This document shows, piece by piece, positions 19,607-30,382 of a stretch of DNA of 64,000 bases. The notes under the pieces are model-generated. The model made no database searches and was not told the origin of the DNA. It was given only the letters and a program-made list of their open reading frames with translations. Each line of letters opens with the position of its first letter. The first letter of the stretch is position 1. Source of the stretch: Candidatus Eiseniibacteriota bacterium. GTDB taxonomy: Bacteria > Eisenbacteria > RBG-16-71-46 > CAZAMP01. The position numbers and the translations under genes are program-made. The stretch lies in the NCBI GenBank assembly GCA_965224245.1, contig OZ245046.1, positions 5,920,001-5,984,000 of the forward strand, given 5' to 3'.

Positions 19607-22071
19607 TGGACGCCCACCCGGTTCTGCTGATGCTGTCGACGCTCGCGCTGGCCTGGGCTCTCACCTACCTCCTCCACAGTACGATCTTCCTCGGAATCGC
19701 CTGGGGCCTCTCGCGGGTCCTGCCCACCCGTCTGGCCGCCACCAAGGATGCGGTGATCAAGACGGCGCTCGTGGGCGGGATCGTGACGGCCACGCTCCAG
19801 GTCGGGATCGGCGTGAACCCCCTCGGAGGGGCCATCGAGCTCCCCGGCGCGACCGCGCCGCCCACGGTGCCGGCCGACGTTCCGGTCTCCGAAACCCCGG
19901 ACGCGATCTGGGTCTCGACGCCCGACGGCCTCGTTCCAGTGTCTCCCGCCACAGGACACGCCGATCCGGGCCGTGCCGGCATCGTGCCGGTCGGCGAGGT
20001 CGACCTGCTCGGCATCGGCCGATCCCCGGTGCGCTCGGCCGGCGAGCCAGCGGGCGCGAGCCGGGACCTGCGCGTCGTTCCCGCCCACCGGGTCGGCTCG
20101 CCGCGAAGCCCCCTCGCGCTGATGCTGGCCGACGCCGGACGGATCTCGACCCGCGTCCTGGCCCCGGTGCTCGTGCTCGCCTGGCTCGTCCTGGCGAGCT
20201 TCAACGTGGGGCGGGTCGTCCTGGCGCGCCAGTGGCTCCGGTCCCGGCTGGCCGCCCGGCACGAGCTGATCGACGGACCCATCGTGCACACCGCCGACCG
20301 GCTCAGCCGGGAGCTGGACTTCGACCGGCGGGTCCGCGTCAGCGTCTCGGATCGGATCCAGAGCCCGATCGCGTTCGGCCGCCGCGAGATCTGCCTTCCG
20401 GCGCGCGCGATCGACGAGCTCGAGCCCGAGGCGGTCGAGGCGCTGCTCGTTCACGAGCTCGTCCACCTCGTCCGACGCGACCCGGCCTGGCTCTTCGGAT
20501 CGGTGCTGCTGGAGCGCGCGCTGTTCTTCCAGCCGCTGAACCGCATCGTGCGGCGACTGCTCACCGAGAACGCCGAGTACCTCTGTGACGACCAGGCCGC
20601 GCGCCGGACCGGCAGCGGGCTCCCGCTGGCCAAGTGCCTCGCCCAGGTCGCCACCTGGGTCGACGGCTCCCGGCGACCGAGCCTCGTGCCCGGCATCCTG
20701 ATGCAGGGCGGCCAGCGCGAGCGTTCCCCGCTCGTGAAGCGGGTCGAGCACCTCGTCGGCAACGACAGTGGCCGTCTGCCGGTGCTGAAGCGGCGTCACC
20801 GGCTCGCGGTCGCCGCCGCGTGCTTCGCGGTCGCGTGCTTGACGGTCCCGGCCGTCCGCTCCACCTCGACCCTCAGCTCGCTCCACGCGACCGTCCTCGA
20901 CGGGGCGTCGGGGCCGTTTCGCGTCGCGGGTCTCGAGACCCAGAGCCCGCCCGACACCGCGGCGCGCCGGCTCCGCAGCGGCAGCCTCGCGCGATCGCGC
21001 AATCCCGAGTCCGTGCGCCCGGTCTCCGGCAACGCACGAGGCGAGGACGTCGACGACATCGTGATCCACGACGAGGTCGTCACCCGTCGCGATACCGACG
21101 ATCCCGAGTCGCTGGACACGCTCGAGTCCGTCAAGAATGCCGTCGAGGCCTACCTGGGGGCCGTGGGGGGCGGCGCGGTCGAACTCGGCATGACCGCTCG
21201 CGAGCTCGCCGCGGCGACGCACGGTCTCGGCCTGTCCGCGCACGACACGGCGGCCCGCACGTTCGCCTCGATGCTGGATCACGACCGTGAGCACGATCAC
21301 GACTGTGACGAGGTCGACGACGACCTGTCCGAGACGGCCGAATCGCTGGAGGAGCTGCTCGTGGAGCTCGACGACCACGAGACGCGGGCGATGTATCTCC
21401 AGCTGATGGCCATGGCGCTCGAGGGAGGCGACTCATCGTTGCTCGAGGCCCTGATCGACGGGGGGGAGCTCGAGGCACGGGATCGCCATGGGCGCTCGCC
21501 GCTCCACGTCGCGACCGAGGCGGGAGACCTCGAGGCGATCGAGCGGCTCCTCGGGGCCGGTGCGCGGCTCGCGGCCGAGGACGACAACGGACGCACGGCG
21601 CTCCACCTCGCGGCCATCGAGGGCGAGCTGTCGGCGATCGAGCTGCTTCTGGAGCTCGGCGCCGACATCGATGCGGAGGACGAGCAGGGTCAGACCCCGC
21701 TCCACGTTGCGGTCGACGACGGCGACTTCGAGGTCGTTCAGCTCCTCTGCGTGGCCGGCGCGAACCCTGACCTCCGCGACGTGCACGGCCGCACGCCCCT
21801 TCACGTGGCGATCGAGGAGTCCGACTTCGACATCGTCCGGCTGCTGCTGGCTGCCGGCGCGGACCCCGGCATCGAGGACGAGTACGGCCGGAACGCCCTC
21901 CACCGCGCGATCGACGAGGGCGACGCCGACATCGTGGCCACCCTCGTCGAGAACGGCGCGAACCTGGACGCCGCGGACCGAAGCGGCCGCACGGCGGTCG
22001 ACTGGGCCGAGCGCTCGGGCACCGACGAGATCCGCGAGCTGCTCGAGGAGGCGGCGTCGGCCGGGCGATGA
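19606..22071 (+). CDS. BlaR1/MecR1-like M56 metallopeptidase with six C-terminal ankyrin repeats
   Basis: HELVHLVRRD, FFQP, EYLCD M56 motifs; six D..G(R/Q)(T/S/N)(P/A)LH-type ankyrin repeats at about 21470-22050; TGATG coupling to blaI. Confidence 0.9.
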   Translation: MDAHPVLLMLSTLALAWALTYLLHSTIFLGIAWGLSRVLPTRLAATKDAVIKTALVGGIVTATLQVGIGVNPLGGAIELPGATAPPTVPADVPVSETPDAIWVSTPDGLVPVSPATGHADPGRAGIVPVGEVDLLGIGRSPVRSAGEPAGASRDLRVVPAHRVGSPRSPLALMLADAGRISTRVLAPVLVLAWLVLASFNVGRVVLARQWLRSRLAARHELIDGPIVHTADRLSRELDFDRRVRVSVSDRIQSPIAFGRREICLPARAIDELEPEAVEALLVHELVHLVRRDPAWLFGSVLLERALFFQPLNRIVRRLLTENAEYLCDDQAARRTGSGLPLAKCLAQVATWVDGSRRPSLVPGILMQGGQRERSPLVKRVEHLVGNDSGRLPVLKRRHRLAVAAACFAVACLTVPAVRSTSTLSSLHATVLDGASGPFRVAGLETQSPPDTAARRLRSGSLARSRNPESVRPVSGNARGEDVDDIVIHDEVVTRRDTDDPESLDTLESVKNAVEAYLGAVGGGAVELGMTARELAAATHGLGLSAHDTAARTFASMLDHDREHDHDCDEVDDDLSETAESLEELLVELDDHETRAMYLQLMAMALEGGDSSLLEALIDGGELEARDRHGRSPLHVATEAGDLEAIERLLGAGARLAAEDDNGRTALHLAAIEGELSAIELLLELGADIDAEDEQGQTPLHVAVDDGDFEVVQLLCVAGANPDLRDVHGRTPLHVAIEESDFDIVRLLLAAGADPGIEDEYGRNALHRAIDEGDADIVATLVENGANLDAADRSGRTAVDWAERSGTDEIRELLEEAASAGR

Positions 22072-22210
22072 CTCACACCGGTCGCCCCGGGGACAGGGCT
22101 TCTCGTGTTCCGGTCGCTCGATTCCATTCGAACGCGTATGATCCCCTCTCGCCCGGGCCGGGCGTCCGCGAGCGGTCATCCTGGTGGCCGCCACTTTCTC
22201 AGGAGCCAGC

Positions 22211-24865
22211 ATGCTGACACTTCGCGTGAGCGCCCTCTCGCTGATCGTCGGTCTCGCGACCGCGTCGGCCGGCACGAGCGAGCCGGCCTATCGACTGGAC
22301 GGCCTCGTGGTTCCCAGCATCCAGCGCGTCGAGCTGACGGTGGATGCGCGCGAGACGAGCTACTCGGGCTCGGTGAGCGCGGACGTGACGGTCGTCTCCG
22401 AGATCCGAAGCTTCCTCTTGAACGCCGAGGACATCGAGATCTCCTCGATCGAGCTCCGGCGGGACGACGCGCGGATCCCCCTCGCCGTCGAGCAGAAGCC
22501 CGAGGGCATCGTGGAGCTGACCGCGGACCGCCCGATCACGGCCGGGACGTACGAGCTCACGGCGACGTTCACGAACGAGTTCAACACCCAGGCCGTGGGT
22601 CTGTACCGGCTCGAGAGCGACGGCGAGGCCTACACGTTCACGCAGTTTCAGGCCGTCGATGCGCGCAAGGCCTTCCCGTGCTGGGACGAGCCCAACGTCA
22701 AGATCCCCTACGAGGTCACGATCACCGTTCCCGCCGAGCACGAGGCCTTCAGCAACACGCCGGTTCGCGCGGACACGCGTGACGGTGATCTCCGGCGTGT
22801 CGCGTTCGCGCGCACGAAGCCCATTCCGGTCTATCTGGTGGCGATGGCGACCGGCCCGCTGGAGCAGGTGCCGGTCGAGGGGCTCCGGGTGCCCGGCCGC
22901 ATCATCACGAAGAAGGGACAGTCGCACCTCGTCGACCACGCGGCCGAGATCACGCCGCGCATCTTCGACGCGCTCGAGGAGTACTTCGGGCGACCCTATC
23001 CATATGCGAAGCTGGATCAGGTGGCGGTGCCCGAGTTCTGGCCCGGCGCGATGGAGAACGCCGGTCTCATCACGTACCGCGAGTCGGCCCTGGCCGTGGA
23101 TCGCGCCCGACTCACGGTCGGACAGCGGCGATGGCAGGCCGAGGTGATCGCCCACGAGGTCGCGCACCAGTGGTTCGGGGATCTCGTCACGATGGAGTGG
23201 TGGGACGATCTGTGGCTGAACGAATCGTTCGCCACGTGGATGGCCACGAAGATCTGCGCGGACCTCTTTCCCGAGCTCGACTTCGACGTGGAAAGCGTGC
23301 GGGGCGGCATCTACGCGATGAGCACCGACGCGCAGCTCTCGACCCGCGCCATTCGTCGTCCGATCGAGAAGACCGCCAATCTGCTCGAGTCCGCCGACGC
23401 GCTCGCCTACGAGAAGGGCGAGAGGGTTCTCGGCATGTTCGAGCAGTGGATGGGGCCCGAGGCGTTCCGCGACGGCGTTCGCGCCTACCTCGACGCCCAC
23501 GCGTTCGGAAACGCCACGGCCGACGATCTGTGGGCGGCGCTCTCCGAGTCGGCCGGTCACGACGTGGGCACCGCGATGGCCACCTTCCTCGATCAGCCCG
23601 GCGTTCCGATCGTCGCGGTCCGGGATCTGGGCGGCGGTCGTGTCCGGATCGATCAGAGGCGATTCTTCAACTACGGGGCCGAGGAGGCCGAGACGAACGA
23701 GCAGACGTGGCGCGTGCCGATCGTGCTCCGGTACGCCGACGCCGAGCAGGTCTACGATCAGGAGATCATGCTGGTCGACCGCTCGCAGACGTTCGAGCTG
23801 GAGACCGACAACGACCTGGCGTGGCTGCATCCGAACGTCGGTGAATCCGGCTACTACCACTGGATGGTCGAGCCCGGCGTGCTGGAGTCGCTGGCCGAGA
23901 ACGCCCCCGACATCCTGGACGTACGCGAGCGGGTAGGGCTCCTGGGGCACATCTCGGCACTGATGGACGCGGGCCTCGTGCACGGCGACGAGTTCCTGGC
24001 ACTGCTGGAGCTGCAGGCCGCCGACCCCGATCCTCAGGTGATGCGGTCGCTTCTCGGCGCGTTGATGGGGGTGCGCGGGGCGTTCGTGACCCCGGAGCTG
24101 GAGGATGCGTTCGGTCTCTACGTCGCCCGCTTCCTGGCACCGTCGTTGGAGGCGTACGGGCTCTTCGAGCAGCCCGGCGAGCCGGAGGCCGTCACGCAGT
24201 TCCGTCCGCAGATGCTGGGCGCGCTGGCCCGGTACGCGCGTGACGCCCGTGTGGTGGAGCAGATGCACGCGTGGGCAGAGACGTATCTGATCGATCCCGA
24301 CGCGGTGCCGGCCTCCATCGTGGGAACCGCGCTCGCAGTATCGGCGATGCAAGGCGACATGGCGCTGTTCGAGCAGTACCGGGCGCGATTCGAGTCCGCG
24401 GCCACCCCGGCCGAGCGGAGCCGGTTCCTGAACACGCTCGGGGAGTTCGAGGATCCGGCCCTCCTGCAGGCGGCGCTCGACTACGTGCTGACGGGACCGC
24501 TTCGTCCTCAGGAGATCTTCTCGATCCCGATGGCGATCGGTGGTGACGATTACACCTACGGCGACGTGCTCTGGACCTGGATGACCGAGCACCACGCGGA
24601 GATTCTCGGACGCATCCCACCGCCGATCGCGATGTACCTGGTCTGGTTCGGCGGGGGATGCGAGCGTGAGCTGATCGCTCGCGTCACCGAGTACTTCGAG
24701 CAGCCCGGGAAGTCGGTCCCCGGCACCGAGAGCGAGCTGGCGAAGGTCGTCGAGAGCATCGAGAACTGCGCCGGTCTCCGAGAGCGGGAGGGCGATCGCG
24801 TGGCGCGGTTCTTCGCGGACTTCGCGTCCCGGGCCGAACGACCGTCGACCGCACGCGGCATGTAG
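22211..24865 (+). CDS. Secreted M1 family aminopeptidase (ERAP1-like C-terminal domain)
   Basis: ARKAFPCWDEP, GAMEN, HEVAHQWFG...WLNE, YEKG; AGGAG RBS; signal peptide. Confidence 0.95.
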   Translation: MLTLRVSALSLIVGLATASAGTSEPAYRLDGLVVPSIQRVELTVDARETSYSGSVSADVTVVSEIRSFLLNAEDIEISSIELRRDDARIPLAVEQKPEGIVELTADRPITAGTYELTATFTNEFNTQAVGLYRLESDGEAYTFTQFQAVDARKAFPCWDEPNVKIPYEVTITVPAEHEAFSNTPVRADTRDGDLRRVAFARTKPIPVYLVAMATGPLEQVPVEGLRVPGRIITKKGQSHLVDHAAEITPRIFDALEEYFGRPYPYAKLDQVAVPEFWPGAMENAGLITYRESALAVDRARLTVGQRRWQAEVIAHEVAHQWFGDLVTMEWWDDLWLNESFATWMATKICADLFPELDFDVESVRGGIYAMSTDAQLSTRAIRRPIEKTANLLESADALAYEKGERVLGMFEQWMGPEAFRDGVRAYLDAHAFGNATADDLWAALSESAGHDVGTAMATFLDQPGVPIVAVRDLGGGRVRIDQRRFFNYGAEEAETNEQTWRVPIVLRYADAEQVYDQEIMLVDRSQTFELETDNDLAWLHPNVGESGYYHWMVEPGVLESLAENAPDILDVRERVGLLGHISALMDAGLVHGDEFLALLELQAADPDPQVMRSLLGALMGVRGAFVTPELEDAFGLYVARFLAPSLEAYGLFEQPGEPEAVTQFRPQMLGALARYARDARVVEQMHAWAETYLIDPDAVPASIVGTALAVSAMQGDMALFEQYRARFESAATPAERSRFLNTLGEFEDPALLQAALDYVLTGPLRPQEIFSIPMAIGGDDYTYGDVLWTWMTEHHAEILGRIPPPIAMYLVWFGGGCERELIARVTEYFEQPGKSVPGTESELAKVVESIENCAGLREREGDRVARFFADFASRAERPSTARGM

Positions 24866-24986
24866 CCGCCGATTCGGGGGTTGACCCCCCGGACCCCTCG
24901 GTCGACACTCAGGTCTCACGCCCCGAGGAGCACCGCTCGCCGGGGCGCGTTCGTTTTGGCCTCGGCCGGGAGCCTGGGAGTTCCAG

Positions 24987-27512
24987 ATGCCCCGAGTGCG
25001 TTCCTCGATCCGCCTCGTCCGCGTCGCGCTCCAGATCGGCGCCGCTGCCGTCGTGATCGGTCTGGCCGGACCGCCGGCGCGCGGCGACGGCTGCCGTGAC
25101 TACTCGCGCGCGCTCGTCTGGGAAGAGACCCAGTGGCTCGACAGCACCCCCATCGTCCTGGCCGCGCCGTCGGACGGCGAGCGGCTCGTCGTCCTGACCC
25201 ACTCCGACCCCGACGGTCATCAGCTGCGCGTCTTCGGGCACGACGACGAGACTGACCCCCTGGAGGCGCTGGGGTCGCTCTCGCTGTCCGGATGGCCGCG
25301 AGACGCGATCTTCGTCGGACACCTCGTCTACGTGGCCGCGGGCTCTGCCGGGCTGCACGTCGTCGACGTCTCCGACGCCGCCGCGCCGGTCCTCGTCACG
25401 ACGGTCGAGGGCGGCGGCAGCTTCGAGCGTGTCCGATGTCGGGACGGCCTGGCACTGGTCGCCGCCGGTGTCGCCGGCTGTCACGTGCTCGACTGCGCCG
25501 ATCCGCGGGCGCCCGTCCTCGTGTGGACGCTCTCGACCCCCGACTGGTCCGGTGGCCTCGACATCCGGAACGACCTGGCCGCGCTCACGATGGGTGCCCG
25601 GGGAGTGCGCCTCGTCGATCTCGCGTCGCCGTATCTCGACACCGTGGTCGACCTCCCCGTGCCCGGCTACTGCCTCGACGTCGCGTTCGACGAATCGATG
25701 CGGGTCGCGGTCGCGGAGGCCGACGAGGGTGTTCTGGTCTACGACGTCTCGGATCTCCGCCACGCACGCCTGCTGCGAACGGTCCGGGCGCGCGAGCTCA
25801 TCACCCGCGTCCGCGCGACCGGCGGACGCATCCTCGCCACGGACTACCGCCAGGGGGTCGCGATCATCGACTGCGTCGACGTCACGAACCCGCCCTACTG
25901 GATCCCCACGCTCCGCGACGTCCGCGACGCCATCGGGGTCGGGGATCGGCTCTTCGTGGCCGATGGTCTGGCGGGCGTCACGCGGTACTCCGCGTGGCGC
26001 GAGCCGGTCGACCAGCCGACGACGATCGTCTCCGACGCCCGGGACGTTCGAGACGTTCGAACGGAGGGCCGCTTCGCCTACGTGGCCGAGCGGCTGGATG
26101 GGCTCGGGATCTACGACGTGCACACCGATCACGGCGCCACCGAGGTGGCGCGGGTCCTCGGCCGAGGTATCGTCGACGGCGTAGAGGTGAGCCAGGGCAT
26201 CGCCATCACGCTGGAGGACGCCGGCGCCACCGTGGTGGACGTGACCGACCCGAGGCGGCCGGTCGTCACGGGGTTCGTGCCACTCGAGGAAGCGACCCGC
26301 GGCGTGGCGATCGTGTCGGGGTTCGCGTACCTCGCCGTGGGCTGGGACAAGCTGGCGATCGTGCGTCTCGACGACGAGCCCGGCCCGAGCGTGATCGACA
26401 CGATCGACACGCTGGGGCTCGTGGCCGACGTCATCGTCGACGGTGATCGGATGTACGTCATCGACCGGTACTACGGTGTGCACGTGTACGACGTGACCGA
26501 TCCTCGACATCCGGAGTTTCTGGACCAGTGGACGAGCGTGGGGACGTTCCTGTCCACCGGGACCGTCGCCGACGGTCTCTTGTACGTGGTGTACCGCTCG
26601 CCCTTCGGCTGGCCGGTGGGCGGGTTGCACGTCGTGGACGTCCGGTCCCCGGGAGCGTTCGTCGAGCTGAGCCGCCTGTCCGTGCCGGGGGCGCCGCTCG
26701 ACCTGGACGTGGACGAGCGGGGCCGACACCTCTACGTGGCCGACGCCTGGACGGGCGTCGACGTCTTCTCGATCGACGATCCCGAGCGGCTGATGCACGT
26801 GGGGGCCCTGCCCGCGCCCGGGCTCGCGAGGTCGGTCCGGGTGCACGGCGACGACGTGTACGTCGGCGCTGGAAGCGGCGGGGCGGTGGTGTTCGACGTG
26901 CAGTGCCGCTCCGACGAGACGCCGATCCTGATCGGTGCGGTCTCCGCCGTGGTCGTGCCGAGGGGGGTGGTCGTCTCGTGGGAGAGCGGGTCGGACGGGG
27001 TCGGCGTCGACGTGTTCCGCCGGCGCGACCGCCCCGGATCGTCGCTCGTGAAGCTCACCGGCGAGCCGATTCGCGGTGCGGGACGGCGGAGCTTCCTCGA
27101 CACCGAGGTGGCTCCGGGGACGTACGTCTATCAGCTGCGCTCGTCGGGTCCCGGCGGGATCGAGTGGCTCGAGCCGCTCGACGTCCGGGTCGGGACGCCC
27201 TCGGGCGTGAGTCCGCCGTCACCGAACCCGTTCGCCGCGGAGACGGTCCTGCACCTGGAGTGGCCGTCCGACGGCACGGTGACCGCCGTCGTGTACGACG
27301 TCCGCGGCCGGCGCGTGGCGACGCTGGCCGATCGCGCCCGCGTGTCGGCGGGCTCGGACGTCATCGGCTGGGACGGCCGCGATGCCCGGCGTCACCTCGT
27401 GGCCGCCGGCGTGTACACGATCGTGATCCGGGCCCGGCTCGACGGAGCCTCGTCGTCGCCCGACGCGGCCGACCCGATCGTCGAGCGGCACCGCGTGCTG
27501 TTCGCGCCCTGA
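24987..27512 (+). CDS. Secreted LVIVD-repeat beta-propeller protein with C-terminal FlgD/T9SS-like Ig domain
   Basis: Repeated YVA...GL.VVDV.DP units; C-terminal PNPF...VYDVRGRRVATL...WDGRD...AGVY. Confidence 0.85.
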   Translation: MPRVRSSIRLVRVALQIGAAAVVIGLAGPPARGDGCRDYSRALVWEETQWLDSTPIVLAAPSDGERLVVLTHSDPDGHQLRVFGHDDETDPLEALGSLSLSGWPRDAIFVGHLVYVAAGSAGLHVVDVSDAAAPVLVTTVEGGGSFERVRCRDGLALVAAGVAGCHVLDCADPRAPVLVWTLSTPDWSGGLDIRNDLAALTMGARGVRLVDLASPYLDTVVDLPVPGYCLDVAFDESMRVAVAEADEGVLVYDVSDLRHARLLRTVRARELITRVRATGGRILATDYRQGVAIIDCVDVTNPPYWIPTLRDVRDAIGVGDRLFVADGLAGVTRYSAWREPVDQPTTIVSDARDVRDVRTEGRFAYVAERLDGLGIYDVHTDHGATEVARVLGRGIVDGVEVSQGIAITLEDAGATVVDVTDPRRPVVTGFVPLEEATRGVAIVSGFAYLAVGWDKLAIVRLDDEPGPSVIDTIDTLGLVADVIVDGDRMYVIDRYYGVHVYDVTDPRHPEFLDQWTSVGTFLSTGTVADGLLYVVYRSPFGWPVGGLHVVDVRSPGAFVELSRLSVPGAPLDLDVDERGRHLYVADAWTGVDVFSIDDPERLMHVGALPAPGLARSVRVHGDDVYVGAGSGGAVVFDVQCRSDETPILIGAVSAVVVPRGVVVSWESGSDGVGVDVFRRRDRPGSSLVKLTGEPIRGAGRRSFLDTEVAPGTYVYQLRSSGPGGIEWLEPLDVRVGTPSGVSPPSPNPFAAETVLHLEWPSDGTVTAVVYDVRGRRVATLADRARVSAGSDVIGWDGRDARRHLVAAGVYTIVIRARLDGASSSPDAADPIVERHRVLFAP

Positions 27513-27523
27513 TCGCCGGTCCC

Positions 27524-29044
27524 CTACCGCGCGTCGTCACCGCCGCCGGGGACCTTCGGCACCAGACGCCACACGATCTGCTCGTAGCGGCCGGAACGGA
27601 TCGAGTTGTGGTGGTAGTCCTCGCTCTCGAGCCGCGCCACCTCCTCCAGCGAGAACACCGCGCCCAGCCCCCGGTTCACCAGCTGCCCCGGGTCGTAGGC
27701 GAGGCCGCTCTTGATGAGATACACCGGCGTACCCGAGCACGCCAGATCGTAGACGCGACGCACGAACGCTCGCGCCTCCTCACGGCTCGCGTCCGGCCGT
27801 GACGGATCACCGATCGGATGTCCGAGCGTGCGGCGCTTCGCGTAGTACTGGATGAACGGCGCGTCGTCCATCGCGATGACGATCGCGTTCGCGGGGGTGC
27901 GTTCGGCCAGGACCCGGGCCACCTCCTTGTTCCCGATGCGATCGTGGCGGTACGAGATAACCGGGAACGCGCGCACGAGCGGCACCACGCACACCACGGC
28001 CATCGCGGCCGCGTATCCCCAGCGCCAGCGTCCCAGCGCCAGGTGGCCCCCCGCCGCGATGAGGATGCACGCCGCCGCGAGCGGCTCGATCAGGAACCGT
28101 GCCGAGTACTGCTCGAGATTCGCCGCGTACAGGAACCCGACGACAGACAGCGCCACCAGCGCCCACAGCCTCCGTTCGCGCACGGCGGCGACCACGCCCG
28201 CCACGAACGCCGCGATGCCGATGGGCGTGAACGACGCGTTCACGTCCGCGGCGGCCACGCGCACGATCCCCGGCTCCCAGAGGCGGTATCCGGTGATCGA
28301 CGAGAACCGCGTGATCCACTCCCACTGGAGCGCCAGCACCAGTGCGATCGCGACCGCGGCTCCGGCGGCATACCCCACGATCGCCGGAATGCGGTGACGT
28401 CCGTGGGTGAAGAACATCAGCGCCCCCGGGGCCAGCGCCAGGAGGACCGGCATCCGGACGAGGCCGGACCCTCCGATCCAGAGTCCGGCCGCGACGGCCA
28501 GCGGCACCGACCCGCGTCGGGCCGCGAGCGCGGACAGCACGAGCCCGGCGAGCAGCGCGAAGAGCGCGAGCCCGTGTCCCTTGGCCCCCACGGTCTCGGC
28601 GAAGACGATCGGCGTGCACGCCAGCAGCCCCGCCGCCGCCACCGAGACGGATCGGGGAAGCCCCGAGAGGCGCGCCAGCAGGTGACACATCCCCACCGCC
28701 ATCGATCCGAAGAGCGCCGCCGAGACCAGGAGCGTCCGCTCGGTGCTCCATCCCAACGCGGGCCCCGCGATCGACTGCAGCCCCCAGTTCACGGCGACGA
28801 GCCCGTAGCGCCCCGAGACCGGCGGATCGTGCAGCTGCAACGGCGTGAGCGACCCGATCCGGGCGCTCTCCTCGACGGCCTGAGCCAGGCGCACGGCGTC
28901 GTGGTGGAAGAGACCGTCGTTCAGCAGAAAGAGCCGGGCCAGGAGCGCGGCCAGGGCGAGCGCCGCGAACGCGACCGCGTCGGCGGGCCCGAGCGGGACG
29001 TCCGCGACGGTGCGGGAACGTGTCTTCCGGCGTGAGCGGGCCAA
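27524..29044 (-). CDS. Integral membrane GT-C fold (family 39/PMT-like) glycosyltransferase-like protein
   Basis: About 11-12 TM segments, acidic/His loop after TM1 (LFHHDA), YSARF motif, soluble C-terminal domain. Confidence 0.55.
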   Translation of the reverse strand: MARSRRKTRSRTVADVPLGPADAVAFAALALAALLARLFLLNDGLFHHDAVRLAQAVEESARIGSLTPLQLHDPPVSGRYGLVAVNWGLQSIAGPALGWSTERTLLVSAALFGSMAVGMCHLLARLSGLPRSVSVAAAGLLACTPIVFAETVGAKGHGLALFALLAGLVLSALAARRGSVPLAVAAGLWIGGSGLVRMPVLLALAPGALMFFTHGRHRIPAIVGYAAGAAVAIALVLALQWEWITRFSSITGYRLWEPGIVRVAAADVNASFTPIGIAAFVAGVVAAVRERRLWALVALSVVGFLYAANLEQYSARFLIEPLAAACILIAAGGHLALGRWRWGYAAAMAVVCVVPLVRAFPVISYRHDRIGNKEVARVLAERTPANAIVIAMDDAPFIQYYAKRRTLGHPIGDPSRPDASREEARAFVRRVYDLACSGTPVYLIKSGLAYDPGQLVNRGLGAVFSLEEVARLESEDYHHNSIRSGRYEQIVWRLVPKVPGGGDDAR

Positions 29045-29047
29045 TGC

Positions 29048-30382
29048 TCAGCGGGCCCTGTCGAGCAGCGTCACGCTCTCGAAGTGGTACGTCTGGGGGA
29101 AGAAGTCGAACGGCACCGAGCGCACGTGTCGGTACCCGCCGGCGCGAAGGCGTGCGATGTCGCGGGCCAGCGTACCGGGCTCGCAGGAGACGTAGATGAT
29201 TCTCTCCGGTGCGAACTTGTCTAGCGACGCGACGACGGGAAGAGGGAGACCCGACCGCGGCGGATCCACGACGGCCAGTGCGAGGGAGCCCTTGAAGTTC
29301 ATCGTGGGCAGGAGCCGCTCGACCGGCCCCGGCACGAAGCGCACGTTGCCGATGCCGGCGCGCCGGATGGCGGCCTCGCCCGCGCGGACGGCGGCCTCGG
29401 AGCCCTCGAGGCACCACACGCGGGCCGCCTCTCCGGCGAACGCCGCGGCCAGGAATCCGACGCCGGCGAAGAGGTCGACCGCGCGATCGCGCGGCGTCAG
29501 CGCCGCCCACTCGGCCACGTGCTCGGCCAGCCGGACGGCCAGGGGAGGGTTCACCTGATAGAACGCCCGCGACGGCAGCCGCCACGAGGCCCAGGGGGTC
29601 TCCAAAACGATGGGGGGCGGCGTCGCCGACGGCGCGCTCCGGCGCGTCCGGCCCTCGTTCCAGAACACGAACGTGCCCCGCTCCTCACGCTCATCGAGAA
29701 CCTGCAACAGAGGGGTCGCGAGCGACTCGGTGCCCGGCTGGAGATACACGTGAACGGTCCTCGCCGGATGGCCGGTCCGGATCTCGACGTCGCCGTTCAC
29801 GTCCGACGCGCGCTCGGCCGCGTCGGCCAGCGCCCCGATCGTTGCGTCCACCCGCGGGTGCGCGATCGGGCAGCCGTCGATCTCGGTCAGCGCGCGGCCG
29901 TCTTCCGAGACGTACCCGACGGCCACCGCGCCCGTCCCGTCGGTGTGGGCATGCAGCGTCACGCGATGGCGGTACGCCCACGCGTCGCCGGTGACGATCG
30001 GATCGATGGCGGGGCTCCGGACCTTCGCCACGCGCTCCAGGAGATCGTGCAGCACCTGCTCGCGTCCGGCTCGCTGCGTCGGGGCGTCGACGTGCTGCCA
30101 GTGGCAGCCGCCGCACGAATCGTAGAACGCGCACCTCGGCGCGATGCGTTCGGCGGCGGGATGGAGGATCTCGACGAGCTCCGAGCGCGCGAACGAGCGC
30201 CGCACGTCGCGCGCGACCACGCGGACGCGCTCGCCGGGCGCGCCGCCCGGGACGAAGTGCACGAAGCCGTCGTGCCGGCCCACGGCCACGCCGCCGTGGC
30301 CGATGCCCGACAGCGTCAGCTCGATCTCGCTTCCGGGTGCCGGTGCCACCGCCGTCGTCTCGTCGTGTTCTTCGTCGGTCAT
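29048..30382 (-). CDS. rlmD: 23S rRNA (uracil-C5)-methyltransferase with TRAM domain
   Basis: C...CGGCHWQH Fe-S motif, AFYQVN, DPPRSG, YVSCEPGTLARD, DFFPQTYHFE. Confidence 0.9.
   Translation of the reverse strand: MTDEEHDETTAVAPAPGSEIELTLSGIGHGGVAVGRHDGFVHFVPGGAPGERVRVVARDVRRSFARSELVEILHPAAERIAPRCAFYDSCGGCHWQHVDAPTQRAGREQVLHDLLERVAKVRSPAIDPIVTGDAWAYRHRVTLHAHTDGTGAVAVGYVSEDGRALTEIDGCPIAHPRVDATIGALADAAERASDVNGDVEIRTGHPARTVHVYLQPGTESLATPLLQVLDEREERGTFVFWNEGRTRRSAPSATPPPIVLETPWASWRLPSRAFYQVNPPLAVRLAEHVAEWAALTPRDRAVDLFAGVGFLAAAFAGEAARVWCLEGSEAAVRAGEAAIRRAGIGNVRFVPGPVERLLPTMNFKGSLALAVVDPPRSGLPLPVVASLDKFAPERIIYVSCEPGTLARDIARLRAGGYRHVRSVPFDFFPQTYHFESVTLLDRAR

Noticed and set aside
19154-22071. Beta-lactam resistance locus
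   Set aside because: No penicillin-binding sensor domain and no beta-lactamase or PBP nearby.
24873-24893. Hairpin after the M1 peptidase as an intrinsic terminator
   Set aside because: Short G/C stem with no U-tract; not distinguishable from background at this GC content.
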